Source of the DNA: Raillietiella orientalis
Taxonomy: Eukaryota
Direction: 5' to 3'
DNA: 64,000 bases
Assembly (NCBI GenBank): GCA_036172245.1
Contig: JAYWIR010000018.1
Location: forward strand, 2,480,001-2,544,000
Notes under the pieces: generated by a model
Seen by the model: the letters and a program-made list of their open reading frames with translations, nothing else
What the model was told of the DNA's origin: nothing
The model's database searches: none
Shown here: positions 59,101 through 64,000 of the stretch, one piece after another
Layout of the letters: every line of letters starts with the position of its first letter
Numbering within the stretch: position 1 is the first letter of the stretch
Translations under genes and position numbers: made by a program

Positions 59101-60825
59101 TGCAAAAACGAAAGATCGACCTGTCGCGCTTCGGTTTTCATTTCCGGAGGAGCACAATGTCATCTATGTCAACAAGCACAAGGCTTGGCAAGCAAAAGCA
59201 AAAGGTCAGCATGTCAGCAAGCAAAAGCAAAACGTCAACCATGCCAGGTTTTCATTTCCGTAGTTTGGATGCAAACACAACTCTGCTGGACGGAGAAGGG
59301 AAAAGGCAGGGTGCAGAACGAGGCAAGGAAGAGCGCGGAGGCAGAGATCGACCAGGAGGAGACGGCTAAAGAAGTAGAGAGAGACGAGAGGGCAAGGAGG
59401 AAATAGAGGGAAGGAGAGGTGGGAGACGAAGATGCATAGATAGAGAGAGGTACTGGGAGCGAAATTTTTTTCTTCTCCCAAATAACCGACAGCCTGAGCT
59501 CTTCCTTCTTCCTCTAAAGAAACATTCGAACGTATCTCCGGGATTCATTTGCTCGCGCCCACTCTTGCAGGAGCTCGTTTTGCGGGAGGAAGACAAATGC
59601 CTCTCAGAGAGCAGCGGACGAGGAAAGCAAAGAGACACACCCTTTGCTTTCCAATTTGGACGCTTGCTGCTTTTCTTTCATGAGAGAGTCCAAGAGGGTT
59701 CAAGAAAAACTTGAAATTTCGAGAAGGAATGCACTCCTCAGTGCACATCCCTGTGAATCATGCGAGCTGCAGCCCGAAAGCTGGAAGTGCCTAGCACTTG
59801 CAATGGGGAAAAGCATTTTCCTCTCCCTTCCCACCTTGGATGAAGACAGCAGCCACGGAGCAAAAGGTAGCGGGCGCGCGCGGCAAGCAAGAGTCTTTTT
59901 TTGGGACGCACCGTCTCGGTGGGAATGTCAGCAGCGGCGTGATCGCCGTCCTTGGAACTCGACCTCCACGCGCCATCGGGCATGAAATCATGACCTGGGA
60001 TCCCTTTTTCTTGCAGTCGTCTTAGCGATGGCCAGTTTTTGAGAAGGCTGTCCGGAACCGACGTGAGTTTTCCGCGGAGACGCAATCTCTTTGGACGGTC
60101 AATCTGGATCTTCTTTGTCACCTCCTCCTCCATCCCGCCTCCAAGGTGGAAACACCCCTATTCCGAGCTGAGCTCTTTGCTTCGGGGTTCCCTTGTGAAA
60201 GGGAGCTGTTGCCGGAATTCTACGAATGGAGGGTTCCTCCTTTACGCGTTGTTTCGCGCACCGTGGAATGAGCGATGGAGATTCGCGGTGCGGATGGTGC
60301 TCGTCAACGGATGCTGACCCAATCATCGAGTGTCGCGTTTGCTCGCCTGCAATTCCATAAAGCGAGCAGCGTGGATTCCGCAGATACGGTGGACCCCCTT
60401 CGCCCCCCCCCTCCGTATTACGCGATGGAAGGATGGCGGCATTCCTCGTATAACGCGGTCAGCTCCGCACGACGCTGGGGAAAAATTTCACTTTCTCAAG
60501 GCAGCTGTCCTCAAGTTCAGCTGTCTTTAAAAAGAACGAACACGTGGTTGAAATAGGTTGAATTCTACTTTTGTTCAAAATAGAATAGAATAGAGCAAGA
60601 AGATACGCCTTTCAACGACGATAACTATAGATTTGAAGCTACAGAATTGCTTCCTTCGATTAAATATCCATAAAACTGTAAAAACCTTTCATTGAAGCTG
60701 TATAATAAGTGAATGCGTCTATATCTTCCTTTTTTTCTCGAAGTGGGATGATGAGTATTCTTCTTCCATAGCGTTTAACAAACATTTTTCATCTCTTACA
60801 AATACAAGTGATATGTCATCCATGC

Positions 60826-60990
60826 TTAACCCTTAGGGTTCAGATAACGCGGATTCCCCGCGTTATACGGGGCTTACTGCGGGCAGATACGTCTAAAGCA
60901 TGAGACAAGAGAGCTTCTAGAAACATCAACAGGTAAACGCGGCAAACATCCGTGATCGCGAGTAAATACTCGCGATCACGGATGATTATC
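60826..60990 (+). mobile_element. Possible piggyBac/MITE-like terminus
   Basis: TTAA-CCCT start followed by palindromes ataacgcgg..ccgcgttat and catccgtgatcgcgagta-aa-tactcgcgatcacggatg. No matching right end found. Confidence 0.35.
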
Positions 60991-61724
60991 GACTAAATAA
61001 GATGTCTTTTTTCTTTCTTTCAGCAATTCACTTCATTATTTAGTGACCTGATGAAAGCAATGTGGGGACTTAATTCTACGAAAACGAGCATCTTTATCTA
61101 CTAAAGACACTGTCCCAGTTATAAGTTTCCAAGGTGATGACGGATGGGCTCTGAGCCACTTTATATCATAAGGTCTCATTGGCAATCCGAAAAGAGACAT
61201 TTGGTACGGATAGAATGAAGCTAAAGCACGAACCCTTCTCAGACTGGTCCGTCTCTATTCGAGGGCCCGGGGCCCTCACGCTCTCGATCCTGCTCATCCC
61301 GAATTTTGGATGGAACGTGCAGGCAATCACCCTACTCGTTGACCACTCTATTCATGGAAAGTTAAAAATTTTATGGTCCGAACGCAACGCTCCACATACG
61401 AACAACGCTGCGTCAGACCTCACTGACGTTCTCAGTTCCCGTTTCCCGTTACACAATTGCTGTTGGACGGTGGTCCTCTCATTGCTTCCGGGCTCCGAGA
61501 GCCCGAATGAGACCCCCCTGACGTGATGACGACACTTTTCAAAGAATGGATGCGTCCAAGCAGCATCACGGAGCACCGTTTCTTCCCCAAACAGTCAGGA
61601 GTCCGGGCGGGGAAGCTCCGGCGCACCATCGGAGCTCTTCGGTTCCGCGTCGAAACTTCCAACGTCTCTTCAGCACTCTGCGATTCCTGCTCGTTCCCCT
61701 GCTGCTGCTGCTGCTGACCGACTT

Positions 61725-61990
61725 CACTCTCCCTTTCTCACAACCGGAGGGGAACCCCGAAGGACTCCTTGATTCCTGAAAGGACCCGGAGGGTCAACTT
61801 CCGATCCCGGCCAGTAGAGGGGGGCACCCGGCTTTCGGATGCCGCCAGTGCCGCACCCGAATAAGCTAACCAGCGGGGAAACTTGAAACATTACGGGGGA
61901 ACACGAACGCACCTATTTCTCTGGCATCGATGCTTGCCACGGTGGGATTCGAACCCGCAACTCACGGAGACCGGTAGCCAACGCGGGCCC
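61725..61990 (-). mobile_element. SINE-like element, 5' half
   Basis: gtgggattcgaacccgcaac, tttctctggcatcgat and ccagtgccgcacccga motifs. Confidence 0.75.
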
Positions 61991-62149
61991 CTCAAGCTTT
62001 GGGCTGCTTTCCTGACAGCCACTTGCGCTCCGCGTGGCTTCAGTATTGCGCGCGTCCCCCCTAAGAACCACTCTGAGGTAAAGGCCCATTGCGGTTTCGG
62101 CGTTGGTCACACACACACTTTGTCTACATGACTCAATTCCTAGAAGAAT

Positions 62150-63300
62150 ACAAAAAAAGGGGAGCACTCTTCCGTTTTCTTGAACTGTTTGCTCCCTTTC
62201 CGCTCTTCCGGAGATTCCTGAACGCTCTTCCGTTGCAACGGGAGCGCTGCACGTTCAAATGTTTTCGCCTCTCCCCCGACGCCGACCGCGCCTGCTTCCT
62301 GGCGATTTTCGCCGCTCCTGGAGATCCCGCTGCGGCCGCTCGGGACTGCCGGGAGCGCCTCCCGTTCGGCGACTGAGCACCCGCACGGAGCGCACCCCGC
62401 ATTCTGCCATCCGGCCCCTTTCGCAGTCGTCGCTCAACACGCCATCCAGGAGGACTCCGTCAGCTCCCGGGATGGCGCGCCCGCCGCCTCATCTGCTGCC
62501 GATCGCGCCACCTAGCCACTCTTCTCCGCACCTCCCCGCTTCTCCGGCGCCTCAGGGGCGACCTGTCCCGCTTCCGGCAGGCGCACGGGCAGGAAGCCCC
62601 GGGCACCGTGCAGCACGGATGCACCTCCCATCCTCAGAAATGCCCTCCACTTTCGGGCACGCCCGACGCGAGACGCATCCGCTGGCGTATCGTCGGTCGA
62701 GTTGCTTCGCAAGGTGGCGCAATGGTGCGTGGGGTGCGGAGGATTCCCTCCCTCATCTGACTGCCTCAAGCGCCTCCGATGCCGCTGCCGGGCCTCGATC
62801 AGGGCCCATGCTCGGGCCTGTCCCCCATTTGGTGGGTAGCTCCGGATGCAAAATCCTTCGCATCTTCATCCACTGGTGGTACCTGCAGCCACCAGCGGAT
62901 GCAGTCGCATTTTGGAGGGGATGGTGGTCGTGAATCGGGTACTTCCTTCTGCATCCGGAGAGGTCAACATTCGGAAACAAGTGAAGAACAGCCAAGTCAG
63001 CGGCCTCGCCATGCGGGTTGGGTGCACCGAGACCTTCCGTTGCTTCACCAGCATGGGTTGTAGCACCATCGTCTGGCTCACCCTTCACGAATCCTTGACT
63101 TTCTTGACTCGTCAAGAAGGCGCTCTTTCGCCCTGTCGAATGTTGCCAGCCGTCGCTGGTGCACCAGACCAGGGAGGAAAAAGCTTCTTCTCGCCGGCGG
63201 GACGGTTGGCGATCCATCCTCGTTGATTCCGAAGATTTGCCACCGAGTGCGAAGTCGCTATTCGAGATGGTGGCGCTCTCCAAGCACCATCCTCAAGTTG
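62150..63300 (-). mobile_element. Decayed LINE fragment; 62150-62760 is an inverted copy of 10230-10915
   Basis: Matching ORF-track peptides ([31 protein letters not shown]) occur in opposite orientations. Confidence 0.7.
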
Positions 63301-64000
63301 CAGGTGGCCTACCGGCAAAAAACGAAGAAGGCGGGGTGCCTCTCTTGGTTTGTTTCGAATCAGAACAAAGGCACGACTCGCAGCTTCAAAAGTCGCTCTA
63401 GAAGACCATTCCGTGGTCTCGGCATTGAACGAGGGTTTCCAGGATGTGCGTCGTCTTCGATTTTTTGCTTCCTTTGCAAAACACGTAGATTACTCTGGCA
63501 TGAGTTCGACTGGGGTCTGAAAGGCATGCTAAGGGAAGATAAGATGCCACGCGCGAATTCTGGCACAAGTATTTCGCCTTTCGTAATGAGATCCTCTATC
63601 TAAATTACAGCCAGGAACCAATAGGAGTCTGTTTAGCTGGTGAGTAGTCATAGGTGGTGCAAAACCGTTCTTCATAGAGGGTCAAAGAAAAAAAAAGAAT
63701 CTCGTCATATTTGCGGTGCTTATATATCATTCTGGTGACGCATGCTGCATGGATTTAGAAATTTGGTGACCCTCGTGGAAGATTTTTTGTTGCGATTGTA
63801 TTTCTTCCACATTCTTGAAGCTTTCTCCATAAAGGAAAGAGACAGGTGCTTTCGAAAAACGTTTTCTCGTTAAACTTTTCCCATAAGCAAAGGTTTCCAT
63901 GAGCGCAAGAAAAAAAGAAAAAAAATCGCTAGGCTTTGAGCGCTCTCCAAGCAGCGAGCGATGGCGCCTGCATTTCCTATTACCGAGTGCTCAGCAGCAC

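Noticed and set aside
1..64000. Hundreds of 60-400 aa ORFs in the supplied track
   Set aside because: They are Arg/Pro/Ser-rich, overlap in all frames and arise from GC-rich decayed repeats. Only the PDE exons and LINE fragments show recognisable motifs.
1..64000. CRISPR array, operon or other prokaryotic system
   Set aside because: No regularly spaced identical repeats with unique spacers and no cas-like ORFs. The spliceosomal gene structure shows the DNA is eukaryotic.
53000..64000. Upstream PDE exons (first half of GAF-A and the N-terminus)
   Set aside because: No minus-strand segment resembling ELD..LCHKIL or KLFDV was found by eye, so they are presumably beyond the window.

Overview
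This is eukaryotic, most likely arthropod, genomic DNA rather than prokaryotic, so most of the six-frame ORF track is spurious. The whole window lies within one large intron-rich gene on the minus strand encoding a dual-GAF, class I cyclic-nucleotide phosphodiesterase. It most resembles arthropod Pde6 (cGMP-specific, PDE5/6/11 family). Thirteen exons can be read by eye with GT-AG boundaries and consistent phases from 52946 down to 3344. They cover the second half of GAF-A, GAF-B and the complete catalytic domain. The 5' exons lie beyond 64000, and the middle of GAF-B and the C-terminal tail are only tentatively resolved. The introns hold decayed L1/Tx1-like LINE fragments, about 8 copies of a tRNA-headed SINE-like element, low-complexity tracts and a (CA)n microsatellite. 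The most interesting features are: (1) interleaved inverted intronic repeat pairs bracketing exons, one ~457 bp and nearly identical, which are candidates for circRNA, exon skipping or dsRNA; (2) a strand-specific pre-miRNA-like hairpin downstream of tandem CRE sites, antisense to the gene; (3) four sequence-unrelated perfect hairpins that all have 18-bp arms; and (4) a divergent, apparently expanded GAF-B. No CRISPR array, rRNA or intact tRNA gene is supported.
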